Positions 9,576-19,945 of a stretch of DNA of 34,983 nt are shown one piece after another. This stretch comes from Octopus bimaculoides (Eukaryota): the NCBI RefSeq assembly GCF_001194135.2, contig NC_068988.1, positions 30,305,802-30,340,784 on the forward strand, in the 5' to 3' direction. Every line of letters starts with the position of its first letter. Within the stretch, counting starts at the first letter, position 1. The notes beneath the pieces are model-generated. The model did not search any database. It saw only the letters and a program-made list of their open reading frames with translations, and had not been told where the DNA came from. The translations under genes were made by a program, and so were the position numbers.

Positions 9576-9800
9576 GGGGAAACAATCTTTTCTACTCTAG
9601 GCACAAGAGTAGAAAACTTTTGGGGAGGGGGCCAGTCGATTAGATCGACCCCAGTATGCAATTGGTACTTAATTTATCGATCCCGAAAGGATGAAAGGCA
9701 AAGTTGACCTCAGTGGAATTTGAACTCAAAACGTAAAGACAGACGAAATAACACTAAGCATTTCACGTGGTGTGCTAACATTTCTGCCAGCTTGCTGCCT
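9576..9800 (-). mobile_element. Family B SINE, near full length
   Basis: Minus strand AAGGCAGCAAGCTGGCAGAAATGTTAGCAC...GAGTTCAAATTCC...GGGGTCGATCTAATCGACTGGCCCCC...CTTGTGCCTAGAGTAGAAAAG. Candidate TSD TTGAGAGAG at 9351 and 9800. Confidence 0.85.
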
Positions 9801-10469
9801 TGAGAGAGGAGACAATCAATGAATGATGGTTATCGAAGCCGTACTGGCATTGTGAAGAGAAATGGCTGAGTTGGGCTACAGAAGGATGACAGAGAATAGT
9901 AAGAGGAGTGATGGAAGTAAATGCAAAAGGAAGAAGAGTAAAAACAAGACCGAAAAAGACAGGGGGAGCAAATAAGGGTCAGGGTTTAGTGAGTGGGAAA
10001 TGTAGAAGACTGGGCAAAATGGAGAAGACCATCATAGTACACTGTAGGGCTAACTCTAGTTTTAGTTGGGAAAAATGATCTGAAAATTTTTGTTGTTGTC
10101 TTGTTTTATTTTCTACTAAATATCTTAAAATAGAAAAATCTAGAAGTTGTCAATCCAGTTTAGGTTAAAACAAAAGCAAAAACGCAGATGATAAACAATA
10201 CTTCTTAATAATGACGGTAAATTTATTGCTTTTCATGGGAAAACAAATCTTGAGTGAATACTGTTAGTCGTACAACAGACACATTGAGTATAGTATTCGT
10301 TTCTGTTATATAACAACATGTATTGTGGTGAATCAATATCACCAGATAGACAGAGTAACTTTGTAAATAAATATCAGATTACACTAAACTGAACTTAACA
10401 TTATCAAAGACGAGATTATCAAGTGTTGATTTCTTATTCACATTTCATTGAGAATTTTTCAAATTCAGA

Positions 10470-10860
10470 GTGCCGCTGGCACATAAAAAGCACCATTTGA
10501 GTGTGGTTGATGTCGGTGCTGCCCAACTAGCTCCTGTGCCGGTGGCATGTAAAAAAAGCACCATTCGAGTGTGGTCGATGTCAGTGCCGCCTGACTGACT
10601 CCTGTGCCGGTGGCATGTAAAAAAGCACCATTCGAGTGTGGTCGATGCCAGTATCGCTTGACTGGCCCTCATGCTGGTGGCATGTAAAAAGTACTCACTA
10701 TACTCTAGGAGTGGTTGGCATTAAGAAGGGCATCTAGTTTTAAAAACCTTGCCAGATTAGACTGGAGCCTGGTGCAGCTTCTTAGCTTGCCAGTCCTCAG
10801 ATAAACCGTCCAACTCATGCTAGCATGGAAAGCGGACAATGATGATGATGATGATGATGA
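10470..10860 (+). mobile_element. Family C element with three 66-68 bp tandem 5' units
   Basis: Units start at 10470, 10536, 10604 and 10671 (partial). They are followed by GGAGTGGTTGGCATTAAGAAGGGCATC...GCTAGCATGGAAAGCGGAC and (GAT)n. Confidence 0.85.
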
Positions 10861-11224
10861 GAGTGAACAACAGCTTTTGAAATTTTATCTGAAAGCAAAA
10901 GTTAGCAAGGCTGTGAAATTTCACATAATTTTCATGTAATTTGGTCAAAATCCCATTGTCAGCTTGTTATCTATTGTCCTAAAAGATCTTTGATTCATAA
11001 GGTAACAACTGTTACATTCCTGTCCTTCATATATCAACCTGAAAAACTTAACAAACAAATCTCATCCCATGGAATCTTACTCACATCCCAGAAATTGATT
11101 GCTGTTGCTCTTGTAAAGCCCCAAGCCAACCCTAAAAATTTCAGCCATGATCATCAAAATACACCCAATCAATACCCTAAGGTAGTTAATTTCAAGAAGG
11201 GTGCCCAAGTGTAAAAGTCATGCC

Positions 11225-11600
11225 AAAAAATAATGGCATACACAGATATGGTTTGTGGTTAACCAGCTTGTTTCCTAACCATGCAGTCTTAGGTTCAGTT
11301 CCACTGTACTGCACTTTGGGCAAGTGTCTCCTACTACAGCCCTATACCAATGAAAGGTTGGTGAGTGGATTTGCGAGATGGAAACTGAAAGAAGCCCACT
11401 GTGTATGTCTTAGTGTTTGTTCCTTGCTTACTGGTGTTGGTTTGTTTACATCCCCATAACTTAGTGATTCAGCAAAAGTGATCAGTAGAATAAGTGCTAA
11501 GCTGGAAATAAATACTCGGGTCAATTCATTCAGCTAAACCCTTCAAAGTGGTGCCCCAGCATGACCACAGTCCAGTGACTAGAATGAATAAAAAGATAAA
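11225..11600 (+). mobile_element. Family A SINE, full length and diverged
   Basis: Head GTGGTTAACCAGCTTG...GGTTCAGTTCCAC, middle GGATTTGCGAGATGGAAACTGAAAGAAGCCC, 3' GGGGTCAATTCATTC...CCAGCATGACCACAGTC...AAAAGATAAA. Confidence 0.8.
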
Positions 11601-11699
11601 TAAACCACCAATTGGAGTAAAGATTATTTGCCAGCATAACATGGCAGTCTTGGTTTAGGACAAATGTTGCTGTAATTTAGCCCCAGGAGACATTGTCTC

Positions 11700-11835
11700 C
11701 AGCTGGCTATATGACACGATCTGGTATTTAATTTATTGACCCTCAAAGGATGAAAGGTAAAGTCGATCTCAGCAGAATTTGAACTCAGAATGTAGCAGCT
11801 TGAAATTTCACCCAGCGTGCTAATGGTTCTGCCAG
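11700..11835 (-). mobile_element. Family B SINE
   Basis: CTGGTATTTAATTTATTGACCCTCAAAGGATGAAAGGTAAAGTCGATCTCAGCAGAATTTGAACTCAGAA...GTGCTAATGGTTCTGCCAG. Confidence 0.8.
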
Positions 11836-11896
11836 ACAACGACAACAACGACAACGACAACAACAGCAGCAGCAACAACAACAACAACAACAGCAA

Positions 11897-11938
<42 letters not shown>

Positions 11939-12061
11939 CAACAACAACAACAACAACAACGACAACAACGACAACAACAACAACAACAACAACGACAACA
12001 ACGACAACAACGACAACAACGACAACGACAACAACGACAACGACAACAACAACAACAACAA
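11836..12061. repeat. Compound (CAA)n/(CGA)/(CAG)n microsatellite
   Basis: Direct inspection. It explains the poly-N/D/S, poly-L and poly-V ORFs. Confidence 0.95.
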
Positions 12062-12579
12062 CTCTTGGCAAGTCTAAGGCAATTGACTTAAATCTTATTG
12101 GTTGATGACTACAAAATACCAAAGACAAATAAGGACATAGCAGACAAATGTTTTCTCGTTAGTAGCTCTATTTTTAATTTATCATTTGTTTATAAAAACG
12201 TTCAGATATGTATTTATGGCAGTTAAATAAACAATGTAAGACACTTAAAAAATCAAGTTGGTAACAAGAAGCACTACAACAGTGAATAATGGTTGTAGAT
12301 ATTGAAATTTAATGGTTGCTATAAGATAACATGGAATCGTTGTTCTATTGATTGATCTTTCTGCTTGCTTTGATATTGCGGAACATAATATTTTATTGAA
12401 TATTTTTCATAGGATATCAGTGTTTGGAGTTCTCTTTGAAAGACATTCATTTTTGCCTTAAAGATCAAACAAAAGAAAGAGAGAGTCTTTATTGGAAAGA
12501 TTTCTGATTTCTTGGATCATACATATACTTTGCCTCAAGGTTTATGTTTAGGATCTATATTATTCAATATTTATTATTA

Positions 12580-12628
<49 letters not shown>

Positions 12629-13075
12629 AAAGGTAGTGAAGACAGCACAGGATGAAATGCATTGCACAGTCCTACTGAGTTTTCTGTTCAAATCTCACCA
12701 GAGATGATTTTTGTTTTTCATCCCTCAGAGATCTGAAATATGTATCAGGTGTACACAGTAGAGTTCATTTAGTTGATTGTATTCCCTTAGAAAACTAAAC
12801 TTGAACTTAAGAAAAGTCAATATTTATTGTCATTTGATGTAGAAAGTTTTCGCCGAGTGTACTTTTCACTATGCTAGCTTTGCAAATGATGACAGATCTT
12901 GTTTGATTTTTCCCCCGTCTGTCAAGTTATGTTATGCTGAATATAGTAGACTGAAAAGAATAAAATTATGAATCATGGCAAATCCATGCCCTTTGTAAAC
13001 TGTGTAAAGTACTTTTAAAACCAAACTTAAATTCTTTAGTTCATTTCAGTGATCACATTGGAAATATGCAGCAAA

Positions 13076-13140
<65 letters not shown>

Positions 13141-13296
13141 TTAGCGAAATCTCATCATCTATAGATTTGTGGTTCAAATAAAAATAAATTCCATATTTTT
13201 TTCTAGCTTAATTGGAAGAAGAAGGGTAGCATCTGTTATCCTTTATAGGGCCTTCAAGATTAGGGGACGAAATGTGACTTAACCACAGACTAACTG

Positions 13297-13492
13297 GCAC
13301 TCTGTTATGATAAGGGTCCCAGCTGATCTGATCAACAACAGAACAGCCTGCTCATGGAATTAACATGCAAGTGGCTGAGCGCTCCACAGACATGTGTACC
13401 CGTAATACTGGGGTCAATTCATTTAACAAAAAATTCAAGGTAGTGCCCCAACATGGCCACAGTTTAATTACTAAAACAAGCAAAAGATAAAA
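13297..13492. mobile_element. Family D 3' end (minus, 13297-13407) joined to family A 3' end (plus, 13408-13492)
   Basis: GGCACTCTG...CTGATCTGATCAAC...GCAAGTGGCTGAGCGCTCCACAGAC, then CTGGGGTCAATTCATT...CATGGCCACAG...AAAAGATAAAA. Confidence 0.7.
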
Positions 13493-14025
13493 ACTGACTA
13501 TGTAGTTTGGTAGCAAAAATCTCACACACACGTAGGCGTATATCTATGTATATATGTATATATCATGCATATATATGTAAATGTTTATATATATGTGTGT
13601 GTGAGTGTGCATGGTAGATGAAAACTGAAAGAAGCCTGTCTTTTATGTATGTGTGCACGTGGTTGTGTCTCCTTATCTTGAGATCACACAATAGTTTTAC
13701 AGTGACTAAACAAATCATTGTTTTTAAAGAAACAGACTTAAAATGCAAAACTTTGTTTTTTAACAGGATTAAAGTATTGTTTAAATACAAAACTGAAGTG
13801 AATGTAATAACATGAAAGATCACAAGAAATGAAATAAAAATTATTTTGTAAAAACCGAGATTATCATAATGAAATTTATTGAGGAAGCAATGTATCTATA
13901 GAGTAAGAGATAAATAAAAAATCTAGACTCAAAACACTCAAAACCAAGATCTTGTTCTAAGAAATGTAATTGCTTCTATTAGTTCCTTGGTAATACAAAC
14001 CTTTGCGTATGCGAAAGTAGAAATT

Positions 14026-14165
14026 TTAATCTTTTCTACTCTAGGCACAAAGCCTGATTAGATTGATCCCAGTATGCAACTGGTACTTAATTTATCAACC
14101 CCGAAAGGATGAAAGGCAAAGTTGACCTCGGCGGAATTTCAACTGAAGAACGTAAAGACAGATGA
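14026..14165 (-). mobile_element. Family B SINE, partial
   Basis: CTTTTCTACTCTAGGCACAA...CCCAGTATGCAACTGGTACTTAATTTATC...GGATGAAAGGCAAAGTTGACCTCGGCGGAATTT is nearly identical to parts of 9576-9800. Confidence 0.85.
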
Positions 14166-15113
14166 AGTAGAAAAAAAAGGAACGGGGTGAATTTGTTTGC
14201 CAAAGTTCTTCATGGTGGCGTGCCAACATGGCCACAGTCAAAAGACCATATCAAGCAAGATATAGCAAATAAAATACTCACAAAGCTATACATTTTCTTT
14301 TTTTTATGGGAGTTGAGGTTGATATAATTAATTGCATCGACCCTAGTATTTTACTGGNNNNNNNNNNNNNNNNNNNNNNNNNNNNNNNNNNNNNNNNNNN
14401 NNNNNNNNNNNNNNNNNNNNNNNNNNNNNNNNNNNNNNNNNNNNNNNNNNNNNNNNNNNNNNNNNNNNNNNNNNNNNNNNNNNNNNNNNNNNNNNNNNNN
14501 NNNNNNNNNNNNNNNNNNNNNNNNNNNNNNNNNNNNNNNNNNNNNNNNNNNNNNNNNNNNNNNNNNNNNNNNNNNNNNNNNNNNNNNNNNNNNNNNNNNN
14601 NNNNNNNNNNNNNNNNNNNNNNNNNNNNNNNNNNNNNNNNNNNNNNNNNNNNNNNNNNNNNNNNNNNNNNNNNNNNNNNCTTTAAGACGATCAGAAAAGC
14701 AACAATAGTAAGTTGATTGACTGTAGAGATATTCCTACCAGCAAGAAGAGAAAAGAAGTTGTCTTTCGTTTTTATTTCTCATTTTCCAGTATTGTGTTTT
14801 GACTGAAAGATATTGATTTTAAATGTTTTCATTTTTAAAACCTCATATTTGTAGTTTATATAGATTTATTTTATGTCTTTCTTTCCAAATTTGCTCATTG
14901 ATTTGTGTGTGAAATAAACCTTGCTTAACGTGTCTGTGTGCGTATTTGAGAGGGGATATGTGTGTATGTGTGTGTGGGAGAGACAGAGAAAGGGTCTGTA
15001 TGAGAGTGTGTACTTGTGCGTGAAAGAGAGAGAGAGAGAGGGACATAGAGGCAGTTAGAAATGATAGATGGTGACATAGATAATGGACATCAGAAGTAGA
15101 TACAGAATGAGTG

Positions 15114-15153
<40 letters not shown>

Positions 15154-15573
15154 CAGACAGAGAGGGAGGGAAGGAGGGAAAGTAAATAAGACCAGAAAGA
15201 GAGAAGACAGAAAAAGAAAGTAAAAATGAGGAGACAGAGTGGGAGGAGGGGAAGAGAACGAGATGTTTGAAATGTCTGACTATTTTTAGAATATGTTTTC
15301 AACACATGTCAATGATAGTAACAATAAATTCACAATTTTACTAACTAAATAAACAATTAAAATACAGTGAAATTTGTATCTGTACTCAAAGCACTTGGTA
15401 GTCAAAGGTGCTGAGCTATTGACCATAATGGTAAAGTCTTCAAATACAGACAGTTGTATCATTGCATTGCGTAGCACCATATTTTAATTGCTTAAGTCAA
15501 TCTAACTAAAAATAGCATATAAATGGTGTATAGTGGCTAATTTGCCTTCTATATTGCAAATATTATTGTGTTA

Positions 15574-15736
15574 GGTGCAGGAGCGGCTGTGTGGTAAGTA
15601 GCTTGCTTACCAACCACATGGTTCCGGGTTCAGTCCCACTGCATGGCACCTAGGGCAAGTGTCTTCTATTATAACCTTAGGCTGACCAAAGCCTTGTGAG
15701 TGGATTTGGTAGACGGAAACTGAAGGAAGCCTGTCG

Positions 15737-15770
<34 letters not shown>

Positions 15771-16777
15771 GATAGGCGCAGGAGTGGCTGTGTGGTAAGT
15801 AGCTTGCTNNNNNNNNNNNNNNNNNNNNNNNNNNNNNNNNNNNNNNNNNNNNNNNNNNNNNNNNNNNNNNNNNNNNNNNNNNNNNNNNNNNNNNNNNNNN
15901 NNNNNNNNNNNNNNNNNNNNNNNNNNNNNNNNNNNNNNNNNNNNNNNNNNNNNNNNNNNNNNNNNNNNNNNNNNNNNNNNNNNNNNNNNNNNNNNNNNNN
16001 NNNNNNNNNNNNNNNNNNNNNNNNNNNNNNNNNNNNNNNNNNNNNNNNNNNNNNNNNNNNNNNNNNNNNNNNNNNNNNNNNNNNNNNNNNNNNNNNNNNN
16101 NNNNNNNNNNNNNNNNNNNNNNNNNNNNNNNNNNNNNNNNNNNNNNNNNNNNNNNNNNNNNNNNNNNNNNNNNNNNNNNNNNNNNNNNNNNNNNNNNNNN
16201 NNNNNNNNNNNNNNNNNNNNNNNNNNNNNNNNNNNNNNNNNNNNNNNNNNNNNNNNNNNNNNNNNNNNNNNNNNNNNNNNNNNNNNNNNNNNNNNNNNNN
16301 NNNNNNNNNNNNNNNNNNNNNNNNNNNNNNNNNNNNNNNNNNNNNNNNNNNNNNNNNNNNNNNNNNNNNNNNNNNNNNNNNNNNNNNNNNNNNNNNNNNN
16401 NNNNNNNNNNNNNNNNNNNNNNNNNNNNNNNNNNNNNNNNNNNNNNNNNNNNNNNNNNNNNNNNNNNNNNNNNNNNNNNNNNNNNNNNNNNNNNNNNNNN
16501 NNNNNNNNNNNNNNNNNNNNNNNNNNNNNNNNNNNNNNNNNNNNNNNNNNNNNNNNNNNNNNNNNNNNNNNNNNNNNNNNNNNNNNNNNNNNNNNNNNNN
16601 NNNNNNNNNNNNNNNNNNNNNNNNNNNNNNNNNNNNNNNNNNNNNNNNNNNNNNNNNNNNNNNNNNNNNNNNNNNNNNNNNNNNNNNNNNNNNNNNNNNN
16701 NNNNNNNNNNNNNNNNNNNNNNNNNNNNNNNNNNNNNNNNNNNNNNNNNNNNNNNNNNNNNNNNNNNNNNNTATATG

Positions 16778-16813
<36 letters not shown>

Positions 16814-17135
16814 GATAGGCGCAGGAGTGGCTGTGTGGTAAGTAGCTTGCTCACCAACCACATGGTTTCGGGTTCAGTCCCATTGCGTGGCACCTTGGGC
16901 AAGTGTCTTCTATTATAGCCTTGAGATGACCAAAGCCTTGTGAGAGGATTTGGTAGATGGAAACTGAAAGAAGCCCGCCATATATTTGTGTGTCTGTTTG
17001 TGTCTGTGTCTGTGCCCGTACCATTGTTTGACACGTCCCCGTATCTTAGCGGTTTGGCAAAAGAGACCGATAGAATAAGTACCTGGGGGTCGATTTATTT
17101 GACTAAAGGCAGAGCTCCAGCATGGCCACAGTCAA
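15574..17135 (+). mobile_element. Tandem family A SINEs across a gap (15574-15735, head 15775-15808, 16818-17135)
   Basis: Three copies of GG(C/T)GCAGGAG(T/C)GGCTGTGTGGTAAGTAGCTTGCT separated by (TA)n. The last copy runs to the 3' end CCAGCATGGCCACAGTCAA. Confidence 0.85.
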
Positions 17136-17223
17136 ACAATACCCTTTTATCTTTGATCTTTCACTTGTGTCCATCACTGCATTGTGGCCATGCTGGGGTA
17201 CTCCTCTGAAGGGTTTAGTTCGT

Positions 17224-17345
17224 AGGTTCTCAAAGTGGGCGTTACTGCCCCCTGATGGGTGTTGAGATGATCCAGGTGGGCACTAGTGCTTAATTGGGTG
17301 GGGGTCAGTAGAGAAAAAGGAGGCGTTGGGAGGAAGGCAGTGGAT
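17224..17345. mobile_element. Possible hAT-type MITE left end, partial
   Basis: (C)GTAGGTTCTCAAAGTGGGCG...GCCCCCTG resembles hAT-Charlie termini (CAGTGGTTCTCAAAGTG). No right TIR was found. Confidence 0.35.
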
Positions 17346-17522
17346 TGGGGGACGCTATGAATTTATTACAATATTATTATAGTATTGTATACAAATTATA
17401 TAATATTATATTAAAAATGGACGTTAAATGATGATGATGATGATGATGTACATGTTTTCTATTTTTCATAACTGTAACCTACTTTTGCACCCCACTGTAA
17501 ATGTGTGTATGCACGTGCACAC

Positions 17523-17556
<34 letters not shown>

Positions 17557-17566
17557 NNNNNNNNNN

Positions 17567-17805
17567 TACACCATTTCGAGCGTGGCCGTTCCCAGTACCG
17601 CCTGACTGGCCTTCATGCCGGTGGCATGTAAAAGCACCCACTACACTCTCGGAGTGGTTGGCGTTAGGAAGGGCATCCAGCTGTAGAAACTCTGCCAAAT
17701 CAGATTGGAGCCTGGTGTAACCATCTAGTTCACCAGTCCTCAGTCAAATTGTCTAACCCATGCTAGCATGGAAAGCGGATGTTAAACGATGATGATGATG
17801 ATGAT
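17567..17805 (+). mobile_element. Family C element, little diverged
   Basis: CATGCCGGTGGCATGTAAAAGCACCCACTACACTCTCGGAGTGGTTGGCGTTAGGAAGGGCATCCAGCTGTAGAAAC...GCTAGCATGGAAAGCGGATGTTAAAC(GAT)n. Confidence 0.9.
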
Positions 17806-18671
17806 ATGTATATATACATACATACAAACACACACATAACTGAATGTTTTAGATTTTTAAGAGAAGTTTTCAGTGAGCCAATTGTACAACCGAAAAGTTT
17901 CTGGTTGCAGTTGCTTTGCTTCCATCTTACATCACCACCAATGCTCCCTAGAAAGAGATCTGTGAATCACAATTTCCATCTGTCCCACCATTTCACCTAA
18001 AAATGTTCAAGCTCATGACTCGCTGACGTATGCAACAGTGAAATATTTCAGTTATAATATCTCCAATGAGTCATTCCGACAGCATCGTTTATAAAACAAG
18101 ACCTGAACCAACATGTTATTTTTCAGTTAATAAAATACAGAAACACCAATATTTTTTTTTCCTTTTTGTTTTTTCTGGTATTCTAAGGAGTGACTGAAAC
18201 CAGTTTCAGAGAGTTTTTTTTAGTTATTTATTTTATTTATATATTTATCCTTTGTGAATTCATCTTGTTTGTGCACTATGGTTATTAACTATTTTAGCTG
18301 TTAAACTTCAAGACAATGGATTAATTTCCTTGATGTAAAACAAACTAGGCTGAGAGTGAATTCCTAATGAAAGATAATAGAGACAGAAAAAAGTAGGTAT
18401 TTTTCTCATCTGATCAAATACAAAAGCTGCGACTCTTCCTTTGCACGTGACAAAGACATGACAGCCGAATAGATATGTTTTGCCTTTTCTTATGTTTTGG
18501 TCATCTTTTTTTAAGGTTCGAGTAATCAGAACAGTAGATTTATTTATTTATTTATATACTACCGCTAATTCAATATTAGTTTCTGTAATTGATTCATGGA
18601 TGGAGCCTTTACATACAACTGCATGACTTGCTAGAAAGAGCAAACAGATGGCTCTCAAAATTATACTTCAG

Positions 18672-18865
18672 AGGTGCAGGTGTGGGAGTGCGGTTAACAA
18701 GCCTGATTCCCAACCATGTGGTCTTTCATTCATTCAGATTCATTTCCCACTGCATGACATCTTAAGCAAGTGTCTTCTACAATAGCACCAAGACAGCCAA
18801 AGACTTGGGAGTGGATTTGGTAGATAGAAACTGAAAGAAGCTTAGTTTGTGTGTGTGAGTGTGTA
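18672..18865 (+). mobile_element. Family A SINE 5' half
   Basis: GGTGCAGGTGTGGGAGTGCGGTTAACAAGC...GCAAGTGTCTTCTAC...GGATTTGGTAGATAGAAACTGAAAGAAGC(TG)n. Confidence 0.75.
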
Positions 18866-19246
18866 TGTGTAAAACATGTTATAAAACTTTGTTTGGCATG
18901 TTCTCAGCACAGGAAACTATTAGTAGCACATAAAAGCATGTATTGTGTCTATCAAATAATATTCAATAATAATCAATCCATAGTTATTGCTACAATATGT
19001 ACAATTGGAAATGCTTGCAGGATGATCAAACATTGCATTGAAATGAAAATATTAAGTTATTGGCTGCAAGTTTATCCATGATAAGAGTTTTCTTTTGTTC
19101 TAAGCTAGTCTATATAGCTTATCAGGAAGAATCAACCAAGGAGATTAAAATAAATAAATTAATAAAACATGATAAAAATCTACAAAATTTTACCACTTTT
19201 GTTTAGGTGTTTACAGTAGTGAGACAGAAACTAATAAAAAAAATGG

Positions 19247-19596
19247 TTACAAACACAAATGGCCTCTCACTCAGAGTGAAATGCAGATTGTATGGAGACT
19301 GTGTATGATCATCTGTGTGACAAGGTAGTGAAACATGGGCTGTGGTTGTAGAGGACATGTGAAGGGTTGAAAGAAATGAGGCCAGAATACTCCACTGCAG
19401 TGTCAATGTGTATGGACAGCAAAGTGTGTTTTGAAAGAAAAATTGGGTACAAGAGACATCAGATGTAGTGTGCAAGCGAGAAGACTGCACTGGTCATGTG
19501 ATGCATAGACATGAAAACAGATGCGTAAAGAAATGCTGATTTTTAAATGTGGAGGGGACCCGTAGAAGAAGAGGACCTAGGAAGACATGGGAGGAA
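19247..19596 (+). mobile_element. Decayed RTE-clade LINE ORF2 C-terminal fragment
   Basis: With stops and frameshifts it reads GLSLRVKCRLYGDCV / GSETWAVVVEDM*RVERNEARILH / LGTRDIRCSVQARRLHW / GHVMHRHENRCVKKC*FLNVEGTRRRRGPRKTWEE. These carry typical RTE motifs (GSETW, RRLxW, GHVxR, GxRxRGRPRKTW). Confidence 0.85.
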
Positions 19597-19616
19597 ATCA
19601 AAGAGTTAGCCATTTA

Positions 19617-19945
19617 ACTAGCATTCTGTTGGTTACGATGATGAGGTTTCCAGTTGATCCAATCAACGGAAGAGCCTGCTTGTGAAATTAATGTGTAAAT
19701 GGCTGAGCATTCTACAGACATGTGTGTATCCTTAACGTAGTTCTCAGGGAGATTTGGTGTGACACAGAATGTGACAAGGCTGGCCCTTTTGAATTACAGG
19801 TACTATTCATTTTTCCCACCTGAGTGGACTGGAGCAACGTGAAATAAAGTGTCTTGCTCAAGGACACAATGCACTGCTGGGAATTGAACTCACGACCTTA
19901 TGGTTGCAACCTGATTACTCTAACCACTAAGCCATGAGCCTTCAC
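19617..19945 (-). mobile_element. Family D' SINE (tRNA head, CORE-like segment, D-type body) with a 16-bp TSD
   Basis: AAGAGTTAGCCATTTA occurs at 19601-19616 and 19946-19961. Minus strand head GTGAAGGCTCATGGCTTAGTGGTTAG...GAGTTCAATTCCC, then TGTGTCCTTGAGCAAGACACTT, then the same 3' body as 25465-25640. Confidence 0.85.

Larger units (their letters stand above)
8872..10030 (+). mobile_element. Decayed RTE-clade LINE ORF2 C-terminal fossil, interrupted by a MITE, (GA)n/gap and a family B SINE
   Basis: Translations: MLMKLKGKMYAACIRSVTIYG...KRRLERRAMRMA* (8996-9127); WLSNV (9338-9352, same frame); RIVRGVMEVNAKGRRVKTRPKKT (9893-9961); NVEDWAKWRR (9999-10028). These match the post-RT motifs of RTE LINEs (KxKxYxxCVRSxxxYG, RLER, GRRxxGRPxKTW, DRxxWR). 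Confidence 0.75.

Noticed and set aside
10470-10690. Regularly spaced repeats resembling a CRISPR array
   Set aside because: No unique spacers (whole units are duplicated), eukaryotic context, no cas genes, and contiguous with a family C element.
11624-12128. Poly-L, poly-V and poly-N/D/S ORFs
   Set aside because: Translations of a CAA/CGA/CAG microsatellite.
14680-14713. Donor-like GTAAGT at 14708 after FKTIRKATI, next to a gap
   Set aside because: Only 28 bp are visible, position -1 is not G, and the hexamer is common by chance. It is untestable without the gap sequence.
18010-18075. AP-1/CRE-like motifs (TGAGTCA at 18067, TGACGTA, TGACTCG)
   Set aside because: Short motifs are expected by chance in 35 kb and there is no independent support.
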